The notes below the pieces were generated by a model. The model did no database searches and was not told where the DNA came from. It saw only the letters and a program-made list of their open reading frames with translations. Shown in pieces: positions 9,987-18,740 of a stretch of DNA of 64,000 bases. A program made the position numbers and the translations under genes. The DNA is from Candidatus Hydrogenedentota bacterium (GTDB lineage: Bacteria; Hydrogenedentota; Hydrogenedentia; Hydrogenedentales; SLHB01). Position 1 is the first letter of the stretch; each line of letters starts with the position of its first letter. Where the stretch lies: the NCBI GenBank assembly GCA_045863335.1, contig BTVY01000014.1:1-64000 (forward strand). The letters run 5' to 3'.

Positions 9987-11462
9987 ATGGCCGTCCTTAT
10001 TGTCGTCAACAAGCCGCAGAACTGGCCCCTCAAGATCCCGGGTGGTGAGGTCGTAGCGGCGCGAGAATACCTGACCGATCCTAAGTACTACCGGCTCCGG
10101 GGCGCCCGGGTGTTCAACCTCTGCCGCTCATACCGGTACCAGAGCACGGGATACTACGTGTCCCTGCTGGCAACGGCGCGAGGACACAAGCCGATCCCCA
10201 GCATCGAGACGATCCAGGACGTCAAATCCTCCGCCATCGTGCGTCTGGCCGCGGACGAACTCGAAGACCTGGTCGAAAAGTGCCTGAAGCCGATTCAATC
10301 CCGCGAATTCACCTTGAGCATCTATTTCGGCCGGAATCTGGCCAAACGGTACGACCGGCTAGCGGCCTACATTTTCAAACTGTTTCAGTGCCCGTTCATG
10401 CGCGCGCGCTTCGTGTATCACGATGAAGATGGCTGGGAATTGAACAGCTTGCGGATTATCTCCGCCAACGAGATCCCGGAGGACCACCACGATTTCGTGG
10501 TCCAAGTGACTCAAGAGTACTTCCGCCGGTTTCGCGTCTCCGGTCCGCGCCGGTTCACGCCCCGATATGACCTGGCCATCCTGTACAACCCGAAAGAAGA
10601 GAACCCGCCTTCCGACGAACGCGCGTTGGAAAAGTTCATCCGGGCTGCCAAGAAGCTCGACATGCGCGCGGAACTTATCGAGCCGGAAGAGTACGGAATC
10701 TTGCCGCAGTACGACGGACTGTTCATCCGCGAGACGACGGTGGTGGATCACCACACCTACCGGTTTTCACGCCGCGCCTTCGCTGAAGGCATGGTGGTCA
10801 TCGACGATCCCGAGTCCATCGTTCGCTGCGGCAACAAGGTGTATCTTGCGGAACTGCTCGACCTGCATCGCGTCCGTATTCCGAAGACCCTCATCGTCCA
10901 CAAGGGCAATCAGGAAGAGATCATGCAGAAGATCGGGCTGCCCTGTATTCTCAAACAGCCCGACAGTTCCTTTTCCCAGGGCGTATTCAAAGCGGTAACC
11001 GAGGCGCAGTTGCACGAAACCATCGAGCAACTGCTCTCCGAATCGGACCTGATCATTGCGCAGGAGTTCCTGCCAACACCTTATGACTGGCGGGTAGGCA
11101 TCCTCGACGACACCCCGCTGTACGCATGCCGCTACCACATGGCCAACCGGCATTGGCAGATTCAGCACAAGGATCGCGGCGGAAAGACCCACTACGGGAA
11201 AGTGGACACGATCCCTATCGACGAGGCGCCGCCGCACGTGGTCAGCACCGCGCTGCGCGCTACCAAACTCATCGGCGACGGATTGTATGGCGTGGACCTC
11301 AAAGAGGCGGGCCGCCGGACTTACGTCATTGAAGTGAACGACAACCCCAGCATCGAGTCCGGGTTCGAAGATCGGGTGCTGAAAGATGATTTGTACCTGC
11401 GAATCATGGACGTGTTTTTAAAACGGATTGAGCAGCAAAAGGAAGCGCGACGCCCGAAATGA
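9987..11462 (+). CDS. RimK-family ATP-grasp ligase with N-terminal RLAN domain
   Basis: NLCRSYRYQSTGYYVSLLA (RLAN-type); LKQPDSSFSQGV, QEFLP, YGVDLK, IEVNDNP. Confidence 0.9.
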   Translation: MAVLIVVNKPQNWPLKIPGGEVVAAREYLTDPKYYRLRGARVFNLCRSYRYQSTGYYVSLLATARGHKPIPSIETIQDVKSSAIVRLAADELEDLVEKCLKPIQSREFTLSIYFGRNLAKRYDRLAAYIFKLFQCPFMRARFVYHDEDGWELNSLRIISANEIPEDHHDFVVQVTQEYFRRFRVSGPRRFTPRYDLAILYNPKEENPPSDERALEKFIRAAKKLDMRAELIEPEEYGILPQYDGLFIRETTVVDHHTYRFSRRAFAEGMVVIDDPESIVRCGNKVYLAELLDLHRVRIPKTLIVHKGNQEEIMQKIGLPCILKQPDSSFSQGVFKAVTEAQLHETIEQLLSESDLIIAQEFLPTPYDWRVGILDDTPLYACRYHMANRHWQIQHKDRGGKTHYGKVDTIPIDEAPPHVVSTALRATKLIGDGLYGVDLKEAGRRTYVIEVNDNPSIESGFEDRVLKDDLYLRIMDVFLKRIEQQKEARRPK

Positions 11463-12691
11463 ATACAGCGCAGTTTCACCTATTCGAACGATACGGCGTC
11501 GAACTTGAATACATGATTGTCGATGCCGAGACCCTGGCTGTCCGACCGATTACCGATGAAGTGTTGCGCCAGATTGCCGGCCAATACGTCAACGAAGTCG
11601 AGCGCGGCGAACTGGCCTGGTCCAACGAGCTGGTACTCCACGTCATCGAACTGAAGACCAACGGGCCCACGCCTTCGCTGGACGGACTTGCCGCCCGGTT
11701 CCAGGACCATGTGAACGTCATCAATGAGATGCTGCGCCCCATGGGCGCGCGTTTGATGCCCACCGCCATGCATCCCTGGATGGATCCCCATACCGAGACG
11801 CGGCTCTGGCCCCACGAGTATAGCCCCATCTACGAGTCCTTCAATCGCATTTTCGAATGCCGCGGCCATGGCTGGTCCAACCTGCAAAGCATCCACCTGA
11901 ATCTGCCTTTCGCGGACGATGCGGAGTTCGCGAGACTGCACGCGGCGATCCGGTTACTCATGCCGATCATGCCGGCGCTGGCGGCCAGCTCCCCGATCAT
12001 GGAGCGGGGCGCGACGGGACTGCTGGACAACCGCCTCGACGCCTACCAGACCAATTGCCAGCGCATCCCGTCGGTCACGGGGTTTATCGTTCCCGAGCCG
12101 GTATTCCATCCAGCGGAATACGAGGTCGAAATACTGCAGCGCATGTACGACGACATCGCGCCCCACGATCCCGAGGGAATCTTGCAGGAAGAGTGGCTCA
12201 ACGCGCGGGGTGCCATTGCGCGGTTTGACCGGAACACCATCGAAATCCGCGTGCTCGACATTCAGGAATGCCCAAAGGCCGATCTTGCCATCGTGCGCGC
12301 CGTTGCGGCCGTGTTAAACGCCCTGACGGAGAACCGATGGATTGATGCCTTGCAACAGGAAGCCTGGGAAGTCGATCCGCTCTATGTGATTCTGCTGGAG
12401 ACGATGCGCTCCGGGGACGCGGCGGTGATCCGGAACCGCTCGTACTTGCACGCCTTCGGGCTTCGCGCGAAGGCGGCGACTGCCGGGGAATTGTGGCAGC
12501 ACCTGATCGATTCGGTGTTGCCCAGCGGCGATCCCGCTCGCGAACCGCTTCAATTCATGCTTCGGGAAGGTTGTCTCGCGCGCAGGATACTCGCCGCGTG
12601 CAACGGCGATTTCTCGGACGAACGCATCGCGTCGGTATATGGAGAACTCTGCGCCTGTCTGGCCGAGGGCCGGATGTTCACCGCCAAGTAG
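11459..12691 (+). CDS. glutamate-cysteine ligase family 2 (GCS2)-type carboxylate-amine ligase
   Basis: GVELEYMIVD, HVIELKT, MHPWM, HLNLP, IEIRVLD; ATGA overlap with the upstream gene. Confidence 0.88.
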   Translation: MNTAQFHLFERYGVELEYMIVDAETLAVRPITDEVLRQIAGQYVNEVERGELAWSNELVLHVIELKTNGPTPSLDGLAARFQDHVNVINEMLRPMGARLMPTAMHPWMDPHTETRLWPHEYSPIYESFNRIFECRGHGWSNLQSIHLNLPFADDAEFARLHAAIRLLMPIMPALAASSPIMERGATGLLDNRLDAYQTNCQRIPSVTGFIVPEPVFHPAEYEVEILQRMYDDIAPHDPEGILQEEWLNARGAIARFDRNTIEIRVLDIQECPKADLAIVRAVAAVLNALTENRWIDALQQEAWEVDPLYVILLETMRSGDAAVIRNRSYLHAFGLRAKAATAGELWQHLIDSVLPSGDPAREPLQFMLREGCLARRILAACNGDFSDERIASVYGELCACLAEGRMFTAK

Positions 12692-12715
12692 AGGTGGCCG
12701 CGGAAGGGCGACCTA

Positions 12716-13132
12716 CTACCCCGCCGAATTCTTTTCCTGCGCTTTGATCTTGTTCCAGGCGGCGATCGCGTCCTCCGGGGTCCTCGCTTTGTTCTCGCCG
12801 AAGACGTGATCGTGCCGGCGAATCATTTTCTCGTGAATGCGCTCCAGGGCCGACTTAAGCGTAAACCGGCCTTCCGCCTCTGCAGCCGCGGCGGTGGCCA
12901 GCATGACGAACAGCGTGTCTCCGAACTCTTCTTCCATGTGGCCGTTATCGTGGTGCTCCAACGCTTCTACCAGTTCTTCGGCCTCCTCCTTCGCATACTT
13001 GCCGAAATCGAGGGCTGTCTGTTCGCGGTCCCAGGGGCAGCCGTCAGGTCCGCGCAGATACCGGGCGAGAGCGATAAGTGCCTCAAACCAATCCAGCTCG
13101 GATTGGGGCGTCTTGTTCCAATGCGGGTACAT
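12716..13132 (-). CDS. single-domain MazG nucleotide pyrophosphohydrolase
   Basis: LRGPDGCPWDREQT, EEAEE, EEFGD, KMIRRHDHVFG. Start uncertain. Confidence 0.85.
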   Translation of the reverse strand: MYPHWNKTPQSELDWFEALIALARYLRGPDGCPWDREQTALDFGKYAKEEAEELVEALEHHDNGHMEEEFGDTLFVMLATAAAAEAEGRFTLKSALERIHEKMIRRHDHVFGENKARTPEDAIAAWNKIKAQEKNSAG

Positions 13133-13251
13133 TCCGTGCAATTTATGCTCCGTGTGTCTAAAGTTTTCCGCCGTTCCGCCGATAGTAAGAAGTGGCGCAG
13201 GAGCCGTCATTCAGCGGTCCGCTGGGACAGGCCGAATGACTGCTCAGCGGC

Positions 13252-13271
13252 GTTGCACACTAGAGTGCAAC
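13252..13271. promoter_or_regulatory. perfect 7-6-7 palindrome, putative operator
   Basis: GTTGCAC-ACTAGA-GTGCAAC between the divergent mazG-like and Cys-rich genes. Confidence 0.45.
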
Positions 13272-13284
13272 AAGAAAGGTCAGC

Positions 13285-13530
13285 ATGACGGTTCAATGCT
13301 GCAAATGCAAGAAGGTCCATCGCGAGGGGTGCTGGATTGCCGGGCGGCCCGAACCCGCTGCGCACGTTACCCACAGCTACTGCCCCATCTGCGAAGACGA
13401 ATGCTACATTGAACTCTTCTCCGCCCAGGCCAGTCGCTCGACTCGCAGCGGCGCGCAGGCCGCCTCGCAGCTTGTCAGTCGATTGACGTCGTCCATGCAG
13501 GAAATCCCAACGCAAATGCTGCTTGATTGA
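13285..13530 (+). CDS. small Cys-rich, putative Zn-binding hypothetical protein
   Basis: CCKC..W..HSYCPIC pattern; AAGG-type RBS. Confidence 0.6.
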   Translation: MTVQCCKCKKVHREGCWIAGRPEPAAHVTHSYCPICEDECYIELFSAQASRSTRSGAQAASQLVSRLTSSMQEIPTQMLLD

Positions 13531-13596
13531 GGATTGCAGGACAATCCCCCCTCCCTGACGCCCGGTGCGCTCGCGCCGGGCGTCGCTATTCACAAC

Positions 13597-14328
13597 CTAC
13601 TTCACGTCCTCCAGCGGCTGGACATTTCCGCGGGTGACGGTCTTGACACCGGTTGGGGCAGCCCATTTGACCGCGTTGTAGATGACGCGCAGCACGTTCT
13701 CGTCGTAGTAAATGGGGAGCGTTTCATGGCCGGGCCGGAAATAGAAAATTTTGCCTTTTCCACGGTGCCAGCAGCATCCGCTGCGGAAGACTTCACCGCC
13801 TTGAAACCAACTGAGAAAGACCTGGCGGTCGGGTTGGGGAATATCGAAGTGTTCGCCGTACATCTCGGTACGCGGCAACTCGAAGAACTCGGGCAATCCC
13901 TCCGCGATGGGATGGGCGGGATCGACGACCCAGATGCGCTCGCGCTCTCCGATGTCCCGCCACTTGAGGTCGCAACTCGTGCCCATCAGTTTCCGGAAGA
14001 TCTTGGAGTGGTGTCCAGAGTGGAGCACGACCAAGCCCATGCCGTCGAGAACACGCTGATGGACGCGCGCGACATTCTCGTCCGAGACTTTGTCATGAGC
14101 GGTATGCCCCCACCAGGTCATCACGTCGGTTGACTCGAGTACCGCGTCCGGTAGCCCCTGTTCCTTGTGGTCCAGCTCGGAGACCTGGACGGTGGCGATG
14201 CCGTCTTTGCCAGAGAGGTATCCGGCGATCTGGGTGCCCATGCCGTTGGGGTAGAGCTTCCGGACTTCCTCCACTTCCTTCTCGTGGACGCCTTCGTTCC
14301 AAACTGTGACGCGAATACCGCCGCCCAT
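13597..14328 (-). CDS. ThuA-like (trehalose utilization) domain protein
   Basis: VTVWNE, WWGH.AH, LHSGH, EMYGEHFDIP, YFRPGHET; AAGGAG RBS before ATG14328. Confidence 0.9.
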   Translation of the reverse strand: MGGGIRVTVWNEGVHEKEVEEVRKLYPNGMGTQIAGYLSGKDGIATVQVSELDHKEQGLPDAVLESTDVMTWWGHTAHDKVSDENVARVHQRVLDGMGLVVLHSGHHSKIFRKLMGTSCDLKWRDIGERERIWVVDPAHPIAEGLPEFFELPRTEMYGEHFDIPQPDRQVFLSWFQGGEVFRSGCCWHRGKGKIFYFRPGHETLPIYYDENVLRVIYNAVKWAAPTGVKTVTRGNVQPLEDVK

Positions 14329-14608
14329 ATGTGTGCTCCTTGTTATGGTGTAAATACCGGGTCTTCGGGTGCTGGCTAGTCCGGGATGAACCAATCGGGG
14401 TTGCCGTGCCGAAACCGCGACGCGCCCCAATGCCCCCGTTATGCCGGGCAATCGTAGAACAGGCCGTGTCGTCGCCGCAAGCGTCCAGAGCGGAAAAAGC
14501 CCGAAATACTTGATCGAACGCGCGAATGGCGGGTAGAGTATCCCCACTCTGGCCGTATGGGGAGGGATTGGGTCCCACATTGCGCAATCGAGCCGCGGAA
14601 GGTTCCAC

Positions 14609-16171
14609 ATGGAAAACGTAATTGGTCTCGCTGGCATTGATATTGTCATCATTGCCGTCTACATGATCGGCACGCTCGCACTGGGCTTCTTCTGTTCGCG
14701 ATACGTAGGAAGCGCGGAAGACTTTTTCGTATCCGGCAAGGCGCTGCCCTTCTGGGCGATTGGTTTTTCCATCGTCGTGAGCGATATCGGCGCTACGGAC
14801 TTCGTGGCCGTGGCCGGCGCTTCATTCCGGTATGGTGTTTCCGCGGCGAATTTCGACTGGATCGGATCCATGCCCGCCATGGCGTTCGCCGCCTTCGTCT
14901 TCGTGCCCTACTTCTGGCGCACGGGAGTGTTCACAATCCCCGAATTCCTCGGCATGCGTTACAACAGCGCGGTGCAGTTTATTCAGGCGCTCATTTGGGC
15001 CATCGTCATGTTCCTGGGCCTGGCCATCATGTTGTGGGTCACGGCCGACAAGTTGATGCACACGATTCTGGGCTGGAATGCCACGATGTCCGTGTGGCTC
15101 ATGGCCGTGGTCACGGGTTTGTACACCTTCTCCGGCGGATTGACCGCGGTTGTGTTCACGGACGTGGTTCAGCTTATCGTTATGTACGTGGGCGGCCTGA
15201 GCCTGCTGACGCTCGCCCTTTGGGAAGTCGGGGGCTGGGCGGCCTTGCAGCAACAGGTGCTTGCCAAGGGCGATGAGTACGCCCACCACTTCACGATCCT
15301 GCTGCCTCACAACACGACGGGGCCCTTCCCCTGGACAGGGATCGTATTCGGCCTGGGCATCGTGCTCGCTATTGCGTACATGAGCGGCAACCAGGTGATC
15401 GTGCAGCGGACACTGGGCGCGCGCAGCGAATGGGACGCCAAGGGCGGCATGTTGCTGGGCGGCTTCCTGAAGTCGATGATCCCGCTTATGGTCGCCCTGC
15501 CCGGGTTGTGCGCCATCATCCTCGTTCCCGATCTTCCCATGGAAGAGGCCGATCGCGCGGTACCGGAGATGATTCGCCTGCTGCTGCCGGCGGGGCTTCG
15601 CGGGCTGATGTTTGCGGCGCTTTTTGCGGCGCTCATGTCGAGTATCTCGAGTACGCTGAACTCGGCGACCACCATCTTCATTACCGACATCTACGGACAA
15701 GCGCGGCGCTGGGGCGGGAAGAAGGCGTTGACGGAACGGCAAGCGCTTAATCTCGGCCGGGGGTTCACCGCATTTCTGATCATCACCTCGGCTATCCTGG
15801 CGAAACCCATCGCCGATCGCGAGAGTATTTACATCTTCACGCAGACCATTCTCAGCATGTTCCAGGGGCCGACCCTCGCCATTCTACTTTTGGGAATCAT
15901 CTGGCCCCGCGCCAACCGCTGGGGCGGTTTGGCCGGACTCGTGTTGGGCGTGATGTTCTGTTTCGTGCTGAAGAATACTCCCGGACTCTTCACCTCCGAA
16001 AATCCGTTCCTGTTCGTGGCTTGGTGGTCCTTCGTGTTCTCGGTCGTTGTCACCATCGTCGTCAGTTTGATGACCAAGAAAGAACCCGAAGAAAAACTCC
16101 GGGGGCTGGTCTGGAGTTCGGTCGTGCAGAATACCGCCGCGCAGGACGCGCTGGAAGAGAGGAATTCGTAA
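14609..16171 (+). CDS. sodium:solute symporter (SSS)
   Basis: TIPEFL..RY, GGLTAVVFTD, QVIVQR, AALMSS. Confidence 0.92.
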   Translation: MENVIGLAGIDIVIIAVYMIGTLALGFFCSRYVGSAEDFFVSGKALPFWAIGFSIVVSDIGATDFVAVAGASFRYGVSAANFDWIGSMPAMAFAAFVFVPYFWRTGVFTIPEFLGMRYNSAVQFIQALIWAIVMFLGLAIMLWVTADKLMHTILGWNATMSVWLMAVVTGLYTFSGGLTAVVFTDVVQLIVMYVGGLSLLTLALWEVGGWAALQQQVLAKGDEYAHHFTILLPHNTTGPFPWTGIVFGLGIVLAIAYMSGNQVIVQRTLGARSEWDAKGGMLLGGFLKSMIPLMVALPGLCAIILVPDLPMEEADRAVPEMIRLLLPAGLRGLMFAALFAALMSSISSTLNSATTIFITDIYGQARRWGGKKALTERQALNLGRGFTAFLIITSAILAKPIADRESIYIFTQTILSMFQGPTLAILLLGIIWPRANRWGGLAGLVLGVMFCFVLKNTPGLFTSENPFLFVAWWSFVFSVVVTIVVSLMTKKEPEEKLRGLVWSSVVQNTAAQDALEERNS

Positions 16172-16172
16172 C

Positions 16173-16484
16173 ATGGGTGACTACTTCGGACAACTCTACG
16201 ATCGAATGGCGGTCGCGGTTGAGTCGTTTTGCGCGGCCGTATTCAAGCCGGTGTTAGGCGCATTCTTCGGTCCCATCAATGATCTCCTGAGCCGGATCGG
16301 GCAACCCTGGTTTACCATCACGGCCATTGGTTTTTTTCTGGGCACGATGCTTTGGGTTTGGTTGTACCTCGGCGATAGCTACGTGAATCTGGGGCGTCAG
16401 AGAAAGTCGATTTGGACCGATCTCCGCGTCTGGACCGTCATCTCCATGTTGCCCCACATCTTTGTGTATTTCTACTTCTATTAA
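16173..16484 (+). CDS. small membrane protein
   Basis: Starts 1 nt after the SSS stop; two hydrophobic segments. Confidence 0.7.
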   Translation: MGDYFGQLYDRMAVAVESFCAAVFKPVLGAFFGPINDLLSRIGQPWFTITAIGFFLGTMLWVWLYLGDSYVNLGRQRKSIWTDLRVWTVISMLPHIFVYFYFY

Positions 16485-16494
16485 GGATCACCTC

Positions 16495-16752
16495 ATGACG
16501 AGCACAATTGACAAGAAGGTCGAGCGGCATACCGTGAAGGAGATGATGAAGCGGGACGGTGAGACGTACATGGCGGTCGGGCTCTTCGTCATCGCCATCG
16601 CCATCCCCGTCCTGATCGCCACCCTGTGGGCCGTGCGCAGTCATGCGGCGGTCGTTAACGTGATTGCCGGGCTGATTCTTCTCGGTGTCGGCGGATCCGC
16701 TTTATTCTACGGATGGATACTCTTCAAACGGTCCAAGACCATCGCTTCGTGA
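16495..16752 (+). CDS. small two-TM membrane protein
   Basis: AAGGA RBS, two hydrophobic helices, operon position. Confidence 0.68.
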   Translation: MTSTIDKKVERHTVKEMMKRDGETYMAVGLFVIAIAIPVLIATLWAVRSHAAVVNVIAGLILLGVGGSALFYGWILFKRSKTIAS

Positions 16753-17336
16753 GTTCCCTTCATCTCCCTCCGCGCTATACCGCCGGAGACGCCGCGCGGG
16801 TATTCTGGCGGCCCCGCGTTAAGAACCTCTACGGTTTGCTCCGGCCCCGCCCCGTCAAGATGGATGAAGACGGGCGGCTACCCGCCTCCATTGAACTCGT
16901 CTGGATGCCGGTCTATGCCTTCCGCATGCGCCTCGTCCGCGGCGACAAAACCGGCACGCTTTGGGTTTCCGTAGACGCGAGTTTCGGCGGCTTTGCACTG
17001 TTCGAGCGGATGGACGCCCTGGAAGACGGAGAATTTGACGGCGAGTCGTTCGAACCCGTTCTCACCGTGCCCGAGGCCGAACGGTTTGGGCGCGACGGGG
17101 TCGTCCGCTACTTCCTGCGCAAACGCGGCGGACCCAAGCCCTCGGATATGTCGGTTGAAGAGCATTGCCTGTATCACACACCCGTCTGGGTCTACTACTT
17201 CCGCCGGGGGAAGAAGATCGACCTCGCGGTGCTTGATGGCTACACGGGGGAGCGCATGGGATCGCGCATGCGTATCGCAGTGCTGGAGGCGTTTATTCGG
17301 CGCAGGCAAGAGCAGAGGGGCAACGACTGCGACTGA
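16749..17336 (+). CDS. hypothetical protein
   Basis: GTGA overlap with the upstream stop; protein-like composition (W.PVY.F, PVWVYY). Confidence 0.6.
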   Translation: MSSLHLPPRYTAGDAARVFWRPRVKNLYGLLRPRPVKMDEDGRLPASIELVWMPVYAFRMRLVRGDKTGTLWVSVDASFGGFALFERMDALEDGEFDGESFEPVLTVPEAERFGRDGVVRYFLRKRGGPKPSDMSVEEHCLYHTPVWVYYFRRGKKIDLAVLDGYTGERMGSRMRIAVLEAFIRRRQEQRGNDCD

Positions 17337-17348
17337 CAGCAAGATCCC

Positions 17349-18740
17349 TCAGTCATCTTCGGCCAGCCCATACTTCTTCAAGCGATAGCGTAAGGAACGC
17401 GCGGTCAGCCCGAGCAGGTCCGCGGCGCGTTTTTGGGAGTAGCGGGTGCTTTGAAGCGCCTGCTTGATGAGGCTCGTTTCGATTTCCGCGACGTACTCTT
17501 CGAGGTCGAGTCCGCCCTGGGGCAACTCCTTGGCCGATTCTCCGGGCGTGGACACATGGTCGCGGACATTGGGCGGCAGATCGCTGATCTCGATTACGTC
17601 AGCCCGGCAGAGGGCCACCGCGCGTTCAAGCAGGTTGGTGAGTTCGCGCACGTTGCCGGGCCAGGGATACCCTAACAACAGGGACTCGACATCTTCCGAA
17701 ACGCGCATCTCGCCACGTTTCATCTTCTCCGCATGCACTTTTAGGAAGTGGCGGATCAGGAGGGGGATGTCGTCGGCCCGGTCGCGCAGGGGCGGCACGG
17801 TGATAGGAATCACGTTGAGCCGGTAATACAGGTCTTCCCGGAACTCGCCTTCATGGGCCATTTGCGCGAGGTCCCGGTTTGTCGCGGAGATGATGCGCAC
17901 ATCGACTTTTTTCCCCACGGTTCCGCCGACTGGGTGAATGACGCTATTGTCCAGCACGCGCAATAGCTTGACCTGGAGCGCCATGGGCATTTCACCGATT
18001 TCGTCGAGGAACAAGGTCCCACCGTCCGCAACGACGAAGAGTCCTTCCTTATCTTCGTAGGCGCCGGTAAAGGACCCTTTCTTATGGCCGAAGAGTTCGC
18101 TCTCGAGCAGGTTTTCGGGGAATCCACCGCAGTTGACCGCGACGAAGGGTTTGCTTGCGCGGCCGCTGAGTTGGTGAATGCCGCGGGCGACGAGTTCCTT
18201 GCCCGTGCCGCTCTCGCCGTGAATCGCCACCGTGCTCGGGAGGTCGGCCACGCGCCGGATCATGTCGCGCAATTCTTCGGTCGCCTTGCCCTTGCCGATG
18301 ATGTTATCAAGGTTTCCGCGCTTCGCCTGCTCTTTGCGCAGGGCGATGTTCTCGCGTTTGATCCGCGTCTGTTCGATAGCCCGCTGAATGAGGATGCGCA
18401 CTTCCTCGTTTTTGAAGGGTTTCATGATGTAGTCGGCCGCGCCGCGCTTCATGGCTTCGATGGCCGTCTCCACCGAACCGTACGCCGTCATCATGATGGA
18501 GGGGGTCGACGGGCTGTTCTCATTGAGCCACGAAAGCAGCTTCATGCCCGCGTCGCGATCGCTGCCCATGCGAAGGTCAGTCAGGACCACGTCGAAGCTC
18601 TCGTTCTCCAAAAGCTTTCGGGCGTCGTCCACATTGGAGGCTGTTGCGACGTCATACCCGTCTTTGGCGAGAACGATCTCGAGCAGCTCCCGCATGCCGG
18701 ACTCGTCGTCCACCACGAGAATGCGATTCTGGACAGCCAC
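17349..18740 (-). CDS. pilR: sigma54-dependent response regulator (PilR-like)
   Basis: Receiver domain, GESGTGKE, ELFGHKKGSFTGA, WPGNVREL, C-terminal HTH; pil context. Confidence 0.85.
   Translation of the reverse strand: MAVQNRILVVDDESGMRELLEIVLAKDGYDVATASNVDDARKLLENESFDVVLTDLRMGSDRDAGMKLLSWLNENSPSTPSIMMTAYGSVETAIEAMKRGAADYIMKPFKNEEVRILIQRAIEQTRIKRENIALRKEQAKRGNLDNIIGKGKATEELRDMIRRVADLPSTVAIHGESGTGKELVARGIHQLSGRASKPFVAVNCGGFPENLLESELFGHKKGSFTGAYEDKEGLFVVADGGTLFLDEIGEMPMALQVKLLRVLDNSVIHPVGGTVGKKVDVRIISATNRDLAQMAHEGEFREDLYYRLNVIPITVPPLRDRADDIPLLIRHFLKVHAEKMKRGEMRVSEDVESLLLGYPWPGNVRELTNLLERAVALCRADVIEISDLPPNVRDHVSTPGESAKELPQGGLDLEEYVAEIETSLIKQALQSTRYSQKRAADLLGLTARSLRYRLKKYGLAEDD

Noticed and set aside
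13597-14652. Long N-terminal extensions in the ORF track (ThuA; likewise the 28435, 30657, 31855, 54001 and 62439 starts)
   Set aside because: Downstream starts have SD sequences and family-typical N-termini; the extensions overlap neighbouring genes or promoters.
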